64,000 nucleotides of DNA from an uncultured Piscirickettsiaceae bacterium. GTDB lineage: Bacteria; Pseudomonadota; Gammaproteobacteria; GCF-002020875. The position numbers and the translations under genes are program-made. Position 1 is the first letter of the stretch; each line of letters starts with the position of its first letter. The stretch covers positions 4,285 to 68,284 of the forward strand of contig CAYQBY010000004.1 in NCBI GenBank assembly GCA_964415865.1, read 5' to 3'. Positions 41,994 through 53,219 of the stretch are shown piece after piece. The notes beneath the pieces are model-generated. The model saw only the letters and a list, made by a program, of their open reading frames with translations. It did not search any database and was not told the DNA's origin.

Positions 41994-42218
41994 TTAATGT
42001 CTATCTTTGGGGGGTACAGGATCATGCCCACCCTCATGCCACGGATGGCAACGACCAATTCTGCGAATGGCCATCCAACTTCCACGCAATGCGCCATGCT
42101 CTTTCAAGGCATCAATAGCATAGTTGGAACAGGTAGGAGTGAAACGACAGCTCTGACCTATCCATGGACTGAGAACAATCTGATAGCCACGAACCAGGAG
42201 GACCAGTAGTGTCTTCAC
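41994..42218 (-). CDS. yidD: Membrane protein insertion efficiency factor YidD
   Basis: YQIVLSP, CRFTPTCSNYA, RIGRCHP, GGHDPVP. GTG start overlaps the aroG stop (GTGA). Confidence 0.9.
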   Translation of the reverse strand: MKTLLVLLVRGYQIVLSPWIGQSCRFTPTCSNYAIDALKEHGALRGSWMAIRRIGRCHPWHEGGHDPVPPKDRH

Positions 42219-43279
42219 GACAGTTGACGTCGTCGACGTACAGCCTCCGCAAACTCCTCCAGTAGTTCCACCGTTGTATCCCAGCCAATACATGCATCCG
42301 TTACACTCTGACCGTACACCATCTCACCATCATCACTAATATCCTGCCGTCCAGCAACCAGGTGGCTCTCAACCATTACCCCCATAATATTGCCGTTACC
42401 ATGCTGAATCTGGTGTGCAACATCACTGCCGACATCAATTTGTCGCCTGTAATCCTTGCGACTGTTGGCATGACTTAGATCAATCATCAACCGTCTATTT
42501 TGTTCTGCATTCTCTAGATACTTAACTGCATCCTCTACGCTTTCAGCATCATAATTGGGGTGCTCGTCACCACCTCGCAGAATGACATGACAGTCCTTGT
42601 TGCCAGTTGTGGAAAAGATTGCCGAGTGTCCATTTTTGGTTACCGAGAGAAAATGGTGAGGTTGTGATGCCGCCCAGATCCCATCAATGGCAATCTGCAG
42701 TTTACCGTCTGTTCCATTCTTGAAACCTACCGGGCAGGATAGTCCAGATGCCAGCTCCCTATGCACCTGACTCTCTGTTGTGCGTGCACCAATAGCACCC
42801 CAACTAATCAGATCAGCCACATATTGTGGAGTAATCAAATCAAGAAATTCTGTTGCTGCCGGCACACCGCGATTATTAATCTCAAGCAACACCTCACGCG
42901 CCAGAGAGACACCCTTGTTAATGTCAAAACTCTGATCAAGATCTGGGTCATTAATCAATCCTTTCCAGCCAACACGGGTACGCGGCTTTTCAAAATAGAC
43001 ACGCATCACAATCACCAGATCATCACGCAGATGATCTCGAATGCTGACAAGTCGGTCAGCATACTCCTTAGCGGCCTCAACATCATGAATGGAACAAGGG
43101 CCAACAATCACCACCAACCTGTCATCTTTACCCTGAAGCACCTGATGAATTGTATTTCTTGTGTCCCAAACTGTCTGGGATGCCTGTTCGGTAATTTGGT
43201 GCTGACGATGGACCTCATCGGGCGCTGCAATCTCTTGCATTCCCTCGATACGAAGGTCATCCGTATTGTGCATCACCAT
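42215..43279 (-). CDS. aroG: DAHP synthase, class I-alpha (isoform not determinable)
   Basis: GPCSIHD, RVYFEKPRT, GARTTESQVHR, GFKNGT, SHANS. Confidence 0.93.
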   Translation of the reverse strand: MVMHNTDDLRIEGMQEIAAPDEVHRQHQITEQASQTVWDTRNTIHQVLQGKDDRLVVIVGPCSIHDVEAAKEYADRLVSIRDHLRDDLVIVMRVYFEKPRTRVGWKGLINDPDLDQSFDINKGVSLAREVLLEINNRGVPAATEFLDLITPQYVADLISWGAIGARTTESQVHRELASGLSCPVGFKNGTDGKLQIAIDGIWAASQPHHFLSVTKNGHSAIFSTTGNKDCHVILRGGDEHPNYDAESVEDAVKYLENAEQNRRLMIDLSHANSRKDYRRQIDVGSDVAHQIQHGNGNIMGVMVESHLVAGRQDISDDGEMVYGQSVTDACIGWDTTVELLEEFAEAVRRRRQLS

Positions 43280-43375
43280 CTTTTTCTGCTCCAGATCTCT
43301 AACTCAACTCGATAAGGCATCTATTTTACTGGATTGTGTAAACTCATGCCTCAGTTACGCTATCACATTCACCAA

Positions 43376-46300
43376 TTAATCCACCCATACCCGAGCATTT
43401 CTGAACATTCTCATCCAGGGAGCATCCTCGCCCCAACCATCTGGATACCATGAGTGCTGCGCACTACGGAATACCCGCTCTGGATGAGGCATCATGATGG
43501 TAAAGCGGCCATCTGCCGTTGTGTAACCTGTCTCACCATTCACAGACCCATTTGGGTTAAGCGGATATGTCTCTGTTGGATTTCCATAGTGATCCACGTA
43601 ACGTAGTGCCAACTGAGCCTGTTGCTGCTTTTCTGTATCAGAGAACTCAACTCTTCCCTCACCATGAGCAACCGCAACTGGAACCCTTGTGCCAGCCATT
43701 CCCTGAAGGAATATTGAGGGTGATTCAACAACCTCAACCAACGAGAATCGTCCCTCAAACTGCTCTGACCTGTTGCGTACAAAACGCGGCCAGTGCTCGG
43801 CACCAGGAATCAATTCATGAATAACAGACATCATCTGACAACCATTACATACACCCAGACCAAAGGTATCACTGCGCGCAAAGAACTGGCTAAACTGATC
43901 ACGCACCCGGGCATTAAAGAGAATTGATTTGGCCCACCCCTCTCCAGCACCCAATACATCACCATAAGAGAAACCACCACAAGCAACCAATCCACGGAAC
44001 TGGGAAAGATCCACGCGCCCTGCCAGCAGATCACTCATATGTACATCCTGGCAATCAAAACCTGCCTTATCAAATGCTACTGCCATCTCCACCTGACCAT
44101 TCACGCCCTGTTCTCGAAGAATGGCCATTGGTGGCCGCACATCGCTCTGAATAAATGGCGCGGCAATATCGTCTTCAGGATTGAATGATGTCGCAATAGT
44201 CATACCAGGATCATTAGCATCCTGTAGAAGATCAAATTCCTGATCCGCACAATCTGAATTATCACGTAGTCTCTGCATCTGCCAGCTGGTCTCTGACCAG
44301 GCCCGCTGCAGATCGATACGGCTCTCATCAATAATGAGCTCACCGTTATGACGTGCTGTGATTCTGTCATTATCAGATAGTGTTCCAAGCACATGGGTAT
44401 GACTAAACAACCCATATTCACGCAACTTCTTCTGCACAGATTCCATATCAGAATGTCTGATCTGAACTACTGCACCCAATTCCTCATTGAATAGTGATGC
44501 AACCGGATCATCACCAAGATCATCCAGTAACAGCGATATTCCAACATGACCAGCAAATGCCATCTCACAAAGGGTAGTAAATAGCCCACCATCAGAACGG
44601 TCATGATATGCCAGAATCTGATCATCCTCATTCATCGACTGAACAAGGGCGAAAAAGTGGCGCATCGCCTCTGGATCACTCAGATCAGGGGCATGGTCTC
44701 CCACCTGTTTATAAACCTGGGCGAGCGCAGAGCCACCAAGACGATTAGCCCCCTTGCCAAGATCAATTAGCAGTAGATCACTATCTCCTGCATCAGTCAT
44801 CAATTGTGGTGTTAGGGTCTTGCGCACATCCTTACAAGGGGCAAAAGCACATGCAATCAGTGAGAGTGGTGCGGTAACTGAACGTTTCTCGCCATCCTGC
44901 TCCCAGACACTTTTCATCGACATGGAATCCTTGCCAACCGGAATAGCTATATCAAGTTTTTGACAGAGATCAGATACCGCCTTTACTGTATCAAATAACG
45001 CCGCATCCTCACCCGGATGACCCGCTGGGGCCATCCAGTTGGCAGAGAACCGAACCTGATCCAATGAGTTGATTCTACTTGCTGCAATATTGGTCAAGGC
45101 CTCACCAATAGCCATACGGCCTGACGCTGCAGGATGGATGAGTGCTGTTGGAGCAGACTCACCCAATGCTGTAGTCTCACCCGTATAAACATCATAGCTG
45201 GTTGCAGTAACTGCAACATCGGCAACAGGTACCTGCCATGGTCCCACCATCTGATCCCGTGCTACCAGACCTGTCACCGTACGGTCACCAATCGTTACCA
45301 GAAATGATTTATTGGCAACTGTAGGCAGCCGCAACACCCTGTAGATAGCCTCCACGAGATTAATCTTGCTGCTGTCAAATACGGCTTTATGAAATGTCTT
45401 GTGCTGCACATTACGCAACATTTTTGGTGGTTTACCAAACAACACATCCATTGGTAGATCAATTGGCGTATTGTCAAAATGGCCGTCACCCAGAACCAGT
45501 TTCTGCTCTTTGGTAGCCTCACCAATTACCGCATATGGACAACGCTCGCGCTCACAAAGTGCACGAAACTGCTCCATACGTGATGTTTCAATAGCCAGAA
45601 TGTAACGCTCCTGAGCCTCATTACACCATATCTCCAGTGGGGACATGCCAGGTTCATCATTAAGTACGGTACGCAACTCAAAACTACCGCCACGTCCACA
45701 ATCATTCACAATCTCTGGTACTGCATTGGATAATCCACCAGCCCCCACATCATGAATTGAGACAATAGGGTTTTCATCCATCTGCCAACAGCGATCAATC
45801 ACCTCCTGGCACCGTCGCTCCATCTCAGGGTTGCCTCGCTGTACAGAGGCAAAATCCAGGCTCTCTGAGCTACTGCCACTGGTCATTGATGAGGCAGCTC
45901 CACCCCCCAAACCAATCAACATGGCAGGGCCACCCAGTACAACAATCTGTGTACCTGATGGAATCTCATTTTTCTCTACATCATTGCGCCTTATATTGCC
46001 CATACCTCCAGCCAACATGATGGGCTTGTGGTATCCACGCAACTCTTCACCTTCTGGACCAGCCACCCTCTCCTCAAAGGTTCTGAAGTAACCATGGATG
46101 GCTGGACGCCCAAACTCATTATTGAATGCAGCCGCCCCAATTGGAGCCTCCAACATAATATCCAGTGCTGAGACAATCCTTGATGGCTTGCCATGATCCT
46201 GCTCCCAAGGCTGCTCAGCACCAGGAATCCTCAGGTTTGAGACTGAATAACCAGAGAGCCCTGCCTTTGGTTTGGAGCCACGTCCTGTAGCACCACCATC

Positions 46301-47251
46301 TCTAATTTCCCCACCAGCTCCGGTCGCAGCCCCAGGAAATGGAGAAATTGCGGTCGGATGGTTATGGGTTTCAGCTTTGTAGACAATATCAATCTGCTCT
46401 TCTGTTGATCCGTAACTGGCACTATCCCAGCGAGGAAAGAATCTACCTCCACCAAAGCCCTCAATAACTGCGGCATTATCCTTATACGCAGAGAGCACGC
46501 CTTCAGAATTGTTCCTATGGGTGTCACGAATCATTCCAAACAGGGTCTCATTACGCTGTTCACCATCAATAATCCAGTCCGCATTAAATATCTTGTGACG
46601 ACAGTGCTCTGAGTTTGCCTGGGCAAACATCATCAGCTCTATATCATTTGGGTTTCTCTCCATGGTCTTGAAGTTTTCCACCAGATAATCAATTTCATCA
46701 TCTGCCAGAGCAAGTCCAAGTGAGGCATTAGCCTCTTCCAGCGCACTCTTACCACCACCAAGAATATCAACACTCATCACGGCTGTAGGCTCAGTTGTGG
46801 TGAAGAGAGCCTCAGCATCTGACACCTCCTCCAGTACGGTCTCAGTCATCCGATCATGAATCAGGGAAAAGAGCTTTGCCTCATCATCAACACTTAACTC
46901 ACCATCAATCTCCAGTCCCCACTCAACCCCGCGCTCAACCCTGTGAACCTCGCTCAAACCACAGTTATTGGCAATATCCGTGGCCTTGCTGGCCCATGGG
47001 GATATGGTTCCAAGACGAGGGACAACAATTAATCTTCTGCCTCTCAGTGATGTCTCTGTATGTGCCGGGCCATACTCCAGCAACTTCTCCAGAATCATCT
47101 GCTTTTCTTCATTTATTGACATATGAAGGTCAATAAAGTGGAGCCATTGAGTTGTTATTCCTTTAACTGCCGGCAATTCACTGGAGAACAGTTTCTCCAT
47201 CTTTCCCAATTTGAATCGGGAAAGTGCCGGACCACCCTTGATGACTAACAT
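43376..47251 (-). CDS. purL: Phosphoribosylformylglycinamidine synthase (large form)
   Basis: [42 protein letters not shown]. Confidence 0.99.
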   Translation of the reverse strand: MLVIKGGPALSRFKLGKMEKLFSSELPAVKGITTQWLHFIDLHMSINEEKQMILEKLLEYGPAHTETSLRGRRLIVVPRLGTISPWASKATDIANNCGLSEVHRVERGVEWGLEIDGELSVDDEAKLFSLIHDRMTETVLEEVSDAEALFTTTEPTAVMSVDILGGGKSALEEANASLGLALADDEIDYLVENFKTMERNPNDIELMMFAQANSEHCRHKIFNADWIIDGEQRNETLFGMIRDTHRNNSEGVLSAYKDNAAVIEGFGGGRFFPRWDSASYGSTEEQIDIVYKAETHNHPTAISPFPGAATGAGGEIRDGGATGRGSKPKAGLSGYSVSNLRIPGAEQPWEQDHGKPSRIVSALDIMLEAPIGAAAFNNEFGRPAIHGYFRTFEERVAGPEGEELRGYHKPIMLAGGMGNIRRNDVEKNEIPSGTQIVVLGGPAMLIGLGGGAASSMTSGSSSESLDFASVQRGNPEMERRCQEVIDRCWQMDENPIVSIHDVGAGGLSNAVPEIVNDCGRGGSFELRTVLNDEPGMSPLEIWCNEAQERYILAIETSRMEQFRALCERERCPYAVIGEATKEQKLVLGDGHFDNTPIDLPMDVLFGKPPKMLRNVQHKTFHKAVFDSSKINLVEAIYRVLRLPTVANKSFLVTIGDRTVTGLVARDQMVGPWQVPVADVAVTATSYDVYTGETTALGESAPTALIHPAASGRMAIGEALTNIAASRINSLDQVRFSANWMAPAGHPGEDAALFDTVKAVSDLCQKLDIAIPVGKDSMSMKSVWEQDGEKRSVTAPLSLIACAFAPCKDVRKTLTPQLMTDAGDSDLLLIDLGKGANRLGGSALAQVYKQVGDHAPDLSDPEAMRHFFALVQSMNEDDQILAYHDRSDGGLFTTLCEMAFAGHVGISLLLDDLGDDPVASLFNEELGAVVQIRHSDMESVQKKLREYGLFSHTHVLGTLSDNDRITARHNGELIIDESRIDLQRAWSETSWQMQRLRDNSDCADQEFDLLQDANDPGMTIATSFNPEDDIAAPFIQSDVRPPMAILREQGVNGQVEMAVAFDKAGFDCQDVHMSDLLAGRVDLSQFRGLVACGGFSYGDVLGAGEGWAKSILFNARVRDQFSQFFARSDTFGLGVCNGCQMMSVIHELIPGAEHWPRFVRNRSEQFEGRFSLVEVVESPSIFLQGMAGTRVPVAVAHGEGRVEFSDTEKQQQAQLALRYVDHYGNPTETYPLNPNGSVNGETGYTTADGRFTIMMPHPERVFRSAQHSWYPDGWGEDAPWMRMFRNARVWVD

Positions 47252-47276
47252 GCAATTATCCCTTTATAACAATTAA

Positions 47277-48044
47277 TCAAGCCACATCTCTCCATCCCAA
47301 TCCATCCTGTTGATTGGCCATGGACACCCATTTTTTCTCACACCCTAAAGCATCACTGACAGCTGATAGAGCTCGCTCTTTACAATTATTCTGCTCACTC
47401 AGGTGCATTACCGCAATGTGCTGGAGTGCAGACACATCTATTTCACCCAGTAGTGCTGCTGCCTGTTGATTGCTTAGATGCCCAAACCTTCCCCTCACTC
47501 TTTTTTTCAGCGAGTATGGATATGGCCCTGCATCCAACATGTCCGGGTCATAGTTGCACTCAAGCATCAAGGCATCACAACCGTCCAGTTGCCGTCTAAT
47601 ATATGGAGAGATCTCTCCTGTGTCAGTTAATAGTCCAACCCGACTAGCCCCATCGGAAAAGGTAAACTGCACAGGCTCCTCTGCATCATGTGAGACATGA
47701 AAAGGGGTTACCTCTATGGCACCAATAGAGAAGCACTCATCGCCACCAATCACCCTGACAGAATCAAACAGACCATGTCTACGCTCTGCCTCTGCTGCAG
47801 TGCCTGATGTCATCCAAACTGAACAACCTCTCTTTTTTGCCGCTCGTCTGACCCCACCCAGATGGTCTCCATGCTCATGGGTAACCAGAATTGCATCAAT
47901 CTCATCCAGACTCTTCCCCAGACGCTGCAGACGAATCTCTGTCTGTTTCAGGGAGAATCCACAATCAACAAGAATCGTAGTGCCATCTGACTCCAGTAGC
48001 GTCCCATTACCCTTGCTGCCACTTCCCAGAGAGGCAAATCTCAT
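47277..48044 (-). CDS. MBL-fold metallo-hydrolase (YycJ-like)
   Basis: LGSGSKGN, THEHGDH, SHDA, TDTG, GHLSN, HLSEQNN. Confidence 0.9.
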   Translation of the reverse strand: MRFASLGSGSKGNGTLLESDGTTILVDCGFSLKQTEIRLQRLGKSLDEIDAILVTHEHGDHLGGVRRAAKKRGCSVWMTSGTAAEAERRHGLFDSVRVIGGDECFSIGAIEVTPFHVSHDAEEPVQFTFSDGASRVGLLTDTGEISPYIRRQLDGCDALMLECNYDPDMLDAGPYPYSLKKRVRGRFGHLSNQQAAALLGEIDVSALQHIAVMHLSEQNNCKERALSAVSDALGCEKKWVSMANQQDGLGWRDVA

Positions 48045-48047
48045 CTG

Positions 48048-49199
48048 TTACTTCAACTGTTCATGCAGCACGGTAAGAATACGACCAGCTGTACCAGAGT
48101 TATCCGGTTCACCTTCTGAATTGAGAACAATAATCCTGCTTACCTCATCATGAGACTCTATGCGAATCTGGTACTCACCCTCTTCCGGTTGATCCTCACC
48201 ATCCCAGAATTTCAGTTTATCCAGAATACCGTCCTGCTCATTATCCTTGAATGGATCTATATAACGAACATAGTAGATCCCCTTGGAACGATCACGATCC
48301 TCAACTGTAAATCCAACCCGATCCAACGCATGACCAGTACGTCGCCAAGTACGGGGGAACCCCTCTTTGACCAGTACAAATTTCTCGCCCTCTGCAGTAT
48401 CCACAATTCTGGCACGCTCGACAATCCCCTTACCCTCCAGACCAGCCAGAGCAGTATTGGCTCTAGTTGCCTCCATACCGAGGAATGACATGATTCTGCT
48501 CAAGAGCTCCGCCTCAAGCTCTGGCATTGCTGGGTGAGGCTGCCAGACAAAGGACTCTCCAGATGCAACCTCTTCCATTCGACGATGACTCAGGTAGAGC
48601 TCTGTAACCCCATCCTGGTCGGTACGCTCCAGCCGTATTCTGAACTTGTCTCGTGTTCCCGTGGAGTAGAGCATATCTAGTGCTTTACCAAGGATATTAC
48701 GAATTGGCCCCTCTTTAATCTCCGCACGATTCTCTGCCCAATCAGTCTCCATAATACCGATCCTGGGATCCTCACGCTCAATCATGAACCCATTCTTCAG
48801 CCAAAATTCACGCAGCTTGGACCACAACTGTTCTGGGGTTGCATTGATCACCAACCAACGTTGATCACCGTCCTTGATCACCTGAATCTCTTTCTGTACC
48901 GGCATTACCTCCTGAGAATTCTCCAGCACACCACCAACCCCGCCATCAGCCTCATAACCCTTGAGTGAGGTAACACCTCCTGGAATCTGGTAAAGATCCT
49001 GAATTGTTGAGGTAGTCAAATCTGGCGGGATATCAAGTGGCTCTGTCTCCACTGCACTCTCATAGCTTAGCTCCTTCTTGTAGGCCTGGTACTTCTCTAC
49101 AGTTGTATCCACTGTGCTACAGGAGATAAGCGAAAGAGACCCCAGCAAAATTACAGTTCCAGAAAGAAGATCTCTACGATTCATAGTTGTTATTTTCAT
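48048..49199 (-). CDS. bamC: Outer membrane protein assembly factor BamC (NlpB)
   Basis: Lipobox LISC, PLDIPPDL, ETDWAENR, RDKFRIR; downstream of dapA. Confidence 0.88.
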   Translation of the reverse strand: MKITTMNRRDLLSGTVILLGSLSLISCSTVDTTVEKYQAYKKELSYESAVETEPLDIPPDLTTSTIQDLYQIPGGVTSLKGYEADGGVGGVLENSQEVMPVQKEIQVIKDGDQRWLVINATPEQLWSKLREFWLKNGFMIEREDPRIGIMETDWAENRAEIKEGPIRNILGKALDMLYSTGTRDKFRIRLERTDQDGVTELYLSHRRMEEVASGESFVWQPHPAMPELEAELLSRIMSFLGMEATRANTALAGLEGKGIVERARIVDTAEGEKFVLVKEGFPRTWRRTGHALDRVGFTVEDRDRSKGIYYVRYIDPFKDNEQDGILDKLKFWDGEDQPEEGEYQIRIESHDEVSRIIVLNSEGEPDNSGTAGRILTVLHEQLK

Positions 49200-49221
49200 C
49201 TTTTGTATGGTTACTTTTTTA

Positions 49222-50103
49222 TTAATTCACTTTAGCAGCACTTATTGCATTCTTGATGGCAGATCGATACACCTCAGATAGAGGGGTAAGTGGAAGACGT
49301 ATACCCTCTGCAATCATCCCCATCTCATGCAGCGCCCACTTGACCGGAATAGGGTTTGCCTCGAGAAACAGATCACGGTGCAGTGACTTCAGTGGTTCAT
49401 TGATTGCGTGTGCCTGTTCACTGTCTCCATTCATTGCCGCCATACACATCTCATGCATCTGTCGTGGAGCAACATTAGCTGTTACCGAGATGGTTCCATG
49501 CCCCCCCTGAAGAATAAAATCAGTACAGGTAGAATCATCCCCACTATAGATCTCGAACCCATACTCACTCAGCGTACGGATCGGCTCAATCCTTTCAAGA
49601 TCACCAGTTGCCTCTTTGACCCCAATAATATTTGGAATTGTAGACAATCTGCCAATAGTCTCTGGGAGCATGTCACAGGCTGTGCGCCCAGGCACATTGT
49701 AGAGAATCTGTGGAATATCAACCGCCTCGGCAACTGCCTTATAGTGCAGATAGAGCCCTTCCTGTGTCGGCTTATTGTAGTACGGTGTCACCAGAAGAGC
49801 GGCATCTGCCCCCTGCTCTTTTGCACATCTAGTCAGATCAATAGCCTCCCGGGTCGAGTTGGCTCCGGTGCCAGCTATAACTGGTACACGACCATTGGAT
49901 TTATTAATGACTCGCTGAATAACCTGACAATGCTCACTCTCATTAAGAGTGGCTGACTCCCCGGTTGTACCTACGGCAACAATGGCATCTGTCCCGCTCT
50001 CAACATGAAATTCAACCAGCTGATCCAGTGCCTCCCAATCCAGCCCACCATCGGGGCGCATAGGTGTAACCAGTGCAACCATACTTCCTTGAAACATCGA
50101 CAT
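49222..50103 (-). CDS. dapA: 4-hydroxy-tetrahydrodipicolinate synthase
   Basis: GTTGES, PYYNKP, YNVPGRT, GVKEA, NPIPVK. Confidence 0.98.
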   Translation of the reverse strand: MSMFQGSMVALVTPMRPDGGLDWEALDQLVEFHVESGTDAIVAVGTTGESATLNESEHCQVIQRVINKSNGRVPVIAGTGANSTREAIDLTRCAKEQGADAALLVTPYYNKPTQEGLYLHYKAVAEAVDIPQILYNVPGRTACDMLPETIGRLSTIPNIIGVKEATGDLERIEPIRTLSEYGFEIYSGDDSTCTDFILQGGHGTISVTANVAPRQMHEMCMAAMNGDSEQAHAINEPLKSLHRDLFLEANPIPVKWALHEMGMIAEGIRLPLTPLSEVYRSAIKNAISAAKVN

Positions 50104-50186
50104 TACTCTCTTCTATAAAATGTTTTCTCTAAACTGCAGATGGTACTTCTGCAAAGGTGCAGTGACAAGATATACTCTCCAATACT

Positions 50187-50750
50187 ATGGAAAAGAAATC
50201 ATCAGCCAACCCATCACAAACGGCAACCGATAATCTTGTTATTACTGCAATCGGCAAGGATCGTCCAGGCATTATCAACGAGCTCTCCAGAATTGTACTG
50301 GAGCAGAAGGGAAATGTCGTCGATAGCAGAATGACTGTGCTTGGTGGTGAGTTTGCCATCCTGTTGCTGGTCTCCGGAAAATGGGACACCATTGCACGTC
50401 TAGAGTCCACTCTACCAAAATTTCAGGATAAGCTGGAGCTCACTATTCTGACTAAAAGAACCTCGGATCGGCCAATAAAACATGAACACCTGCCATATCA
50501 TGTGGAGGTTATCTCAATTGACCACCCAGGAATTGTCTACAAGGTGGCGGACTTCTTCTCCTCACGTCAGATCAACGTGGAGGAGATGAATACAAGCAGT
50601 CATCATGCACCCCATACAGGGACTCCAATGTTTGTACTAAACATGGTTCTTGGAGTTCCCAGAAAAGAGTCAATAACCCAGCTCAGAGAAAATTTTCTCG
50701 ACTTCTGTGACTCACAAAATCTTGATGGGCTGCTAGAGCCAATCAAATAA
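50187..50750 (+). CDS. gcvR: Glycine cleavage system regulator (tandem ACT domains)
   Basis: LVITAIGKDRPGI, DHPGIV; divergent from dapA as in other gammaproteobacteria. Confidence 0.88.
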   Translation: MEKKSSANPSQTATDNLVITAIGKDRPGIINELSRIVLEQKGNVVDSRMTVLGGEFAILLLVSGKWDTIARLESTLPKFQDKLELTILTKRTSDRPIKHEHLPYHVEVISIDHPGIVYKVADFFSSRQINVEEMNTSSHHAPHTGTPMFVLNMVLGVPRKESITQLRENFLDFCDSQNLDGLLEPIK

Positions 50751-50753
50751 AAA

Positions 50754-51821
50754 TCAGACTGATGGGGATGGCTGATCCAGGGTTGGCCATGCGGAGATAA
50801 CTGCCTTGACCAGGGTTGCCAGGGGAATAGCGAAAAACACCCCCCAGAACCCCCATATCCCCCCGAAGAAGAGAACTGCAACAATAATTGCAACTGGATG
50901 AAGATTAACCACCTCTGAAAAAAGCAGTGGCACCAGGACATTACCATCCAGAGCCTGGATAACCCCGTAAATCAACATGATGGTTCCAAACTCCCCACTC
51001 CATCCAAACTGGTAGAAGGCTACTGCAGCCACCGGAATAGTGACGACTGTTGCCCCAACAAATGGCACCAAAACAGAGAGGCCAACCAGAACCCCTAACA
51101 ACAACGCATATTGCAGACCCAAAAATACAAAAGCGATATAGGTTGCACCACCTACAATCAGCATCTCCCAGAACTTGCCACGTATATAGTTGCCAATCTG
51201 CAGATCCACCTCACTCCAAACCTGTTCTGCAAGTGAACGATCATTTGGTAGAAATGCCGTTACCCATGAAAAAAGCTCTCTCTTGTCCTTTAACATAAAG
51301 AAAACCAGAAGCGGAACCAACACCAGATAAATCAGCATGGTTATTATTCCCGGGATATATCCAAGACTCTTCGCGAGTGCCTGCTGCGCAAATTCTGTCA
51401 TTGAACGGCTGGCCGCGTTGGCAATCTCAGTTACCTGCTCCACACTTACGAGAGCGGGATAACTCTCAGGCAACTGGGAGAGCATCTCTCTTCCAGTCTG
51501 TACCATTGCCGGCACAGCAGATAGAAACTGTGTTATCTGTCTGGACAGTAGCGGCAACATCACCACTACCAGAAAAACCATAAAGGTGATGAAGAAGAGA
51601 TAAATCAGCCAAACGGATAGAGATTGATTGGCTCCTCGATGTTGCAGCTGTTCAATTGGGGTATCCATCAAATATGCCAGCACAATGGCTACCAGAACAG
51701 GACCCAGGATCTGTCCAAACCAAATTACCACTGCAAAAACAGTCGTTAACAGAATTAACAGAATCACCAACTGTGGATTGGAAAGTTGGCGCTGAAACCA
51801 GTTTGAAAAGATATTATTCAT
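50754..51821 (-). CDS. perM: AI-2E family transporter (PerM-like)
   Basis: YIRGK, SVLVPFVGA, QALDGNVLVPLLFSEVVNLHP. Start MNNIF overlaps the upstream stop by 8 nt. Confidence 0.85.
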   Translation of the reverse strand: MNNIFSNWFQRQLSNPQLVILLILLTTVFAVVIWFGQILGPVLVAIVLAYLMDTPIEQLQHRGANQSLSVWLIYLFFITFMVFLVVVMLPLLSRQITQFLSAVPAMVQTGREMLSQLPESYPALVSVEQVTEIANAASRSMTEFAQQALAKSLGYIPGIITMLIYLVLVPLLVFFMLKDKRELFSWVTAFLPNDRSLAEQVWSEVDLQIGNYIRGKFWEMLIVGGATYIAFVFLGLQYALLLGVLVGLSVLVPFVGATVVTIPVAAVAFYQFGWSGEFGTIMLIYGVIQALDGNVLVPLLFSEVVNLHPVAIIVAVLFFGGIWGFWGVFFAIPLATLVKAVISAWPTLDQPSPSV

Positions 51822-52173
51822 CAAGATATCTCTGATAGTGTAACTGGAAGATCTCCTCCAGCTCATCAATCACCTCGGTTGCCTCACGTCCATTCACCAA
51901 ATGAGCACTCATCAGATCGGCGCTCTGTTTCAGTAGCTTGTCATGGTTCAACATAGGATAAGTCTCCGACAACCTACGGACAGCCGCCACAACCCTCTCA
52001 CTCTCTGGCCGCGGTAGATCCTGTGGACTCTCTTTTGCAGATACCTCTGGAAGATCATCAGGCTGAACTCCTCCTCTATCTGTATGCAGAAATGACGCAT
52101 ATCTTAATAATGCATGACGATCATCAACACTTAATGCAGAAAACATCTTCTGCAGCTGCTCAAACTCATCCAT
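51814..52173 (-). CDS. Conserved hypothetical helical protein
   Basis: 119 aa with PRPESERVVAAVRRLSETYPML and GREATEVIDELE; tightly coupled between LysR and perM. Confidence 0.75.
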   Translation of the reverse strand: MDEFEQLQKMFSALSVDDRHALLRYASFLHTDRGGVQPDDLPEVSAKESPQDLPRPESERVVAAVRRLSETYPMLNHDKLLKQSADLMSAHLVNGREATEVIDELEEIFQLHYQRYLDE

Positions 52174-52180
52174 CTTTTAA

Positions 52181-53095
52181 TTAACTGGATGCGTCTACCT
52201 TGTATGCATCACAATACTCTTTGGCAAACTCCAGCAACTCATCCATCGCCCGCAACCTGAATTTCTGTTTCTGATGAACAAAGGAGAATGGACGCACCAT
52301 ATGTGGATCAAGACGAATCATCTTGACTGTACCCAATTGCAGCTCTTTCTGGATTGATGCCTTGGAGATAATAGTAATGCCAATCCCTGACTCAACAGCA
52401 CCCTTTATCGCCTCTGGACTGCCAAGCTCCATAATAACATTGAGATCAGCAGGATTGACCCCGGCCTCTGTCAGGTAGTCATGGATTACCTCACGCGTGC
52501 CAGACCCCTCCTCTCGCCAGATATATGGATACTCCTTAAGCTGTTCTATCTTGATAGATTCTTTGCTGGCTAGCGGATGACCAGGAGGCACAATCAACAC
52601 TAACTCGTCCTCACGACAGAGATCCAGCTGCAGTTTCTTGTTGGATACAGGCGCCTCAACAATACCCAGATCAATTACATTATTTTCAACCATGGAGACT
52701 ACGCTATCGGTATTTCCAACCTTCAGGCGAACCGTAACCGATGGATGCTTCTCGTGAAATCTTCCCAACATGTTGGGCACCATATACTCGGCAATAGTGG
52801 TACTTGCCCCCACAATCAATACCCCACTTACCTCTCCAGTCATCTCACGAACTGCATTATCCATCTCACCATAGAGATCAAGAATGCGTGCCGCATACTC
52901 AAAAACACGTCCACCAGCCTCGGTAAGGGTTATTCGATTATGGGTGCGATCAAACAGACGGGTATTAAAATAGTCCTCCAGTTGTCGTACCTGAAAGGTG
53001 ACTGCAGGCTGCGTCATATGGAGTGACTCTGCAGCTTTTGTAAAACTGAGCATACGAGCCACGGTGTGAAAAACTTGTAATCTACGGTCTGCCAT
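52181..53095 (-). CDS. LysR-family regulator (CysL/CbbR-like subgroup)
   Basis: HTH LSFTKAAESLHMTQPAVTFQVRQLE; REEGSGTR motif. Confidence 0.93.
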   Translation of the reverse strand: MADRRLQVFHTVARMLSFTKAAESLHMTQPAVTFQVRQLEDYFNTRLFDRTHNRITLTEAGGRVFEYAARILDLYGEMDNAVREMTGEVSGVLIVGASTTIAEYMVPNMLGRFHEKHPSVTVRLKVGNTDSVVSMVENNVIDLGIVEAPVSNKKLQLDLCREDELVLIVPPGHPLASKESIKIEQLKEYPYIWREEGSGTREVIHDYLTEAGVNPADLNVIMELGSPEAIKGAVESGIGITIISKASIQKELQLGTVKMIRLDPHMVRPFSFVHQKQKFRLRAMDELLEFAKEYCDAYKVDASS

Positions 53096-53219
53096 AATCT
53101 TTTCCCAAAATTTCTCCCCTTGGAGAACCTTCCTGATAAAGGGACTTTATAACATAAAAAAGATCAATACTCCAATAGGGAGCATCGTGGCAGTCGTCAA
53201 CAATAAAACATACAGTTAC

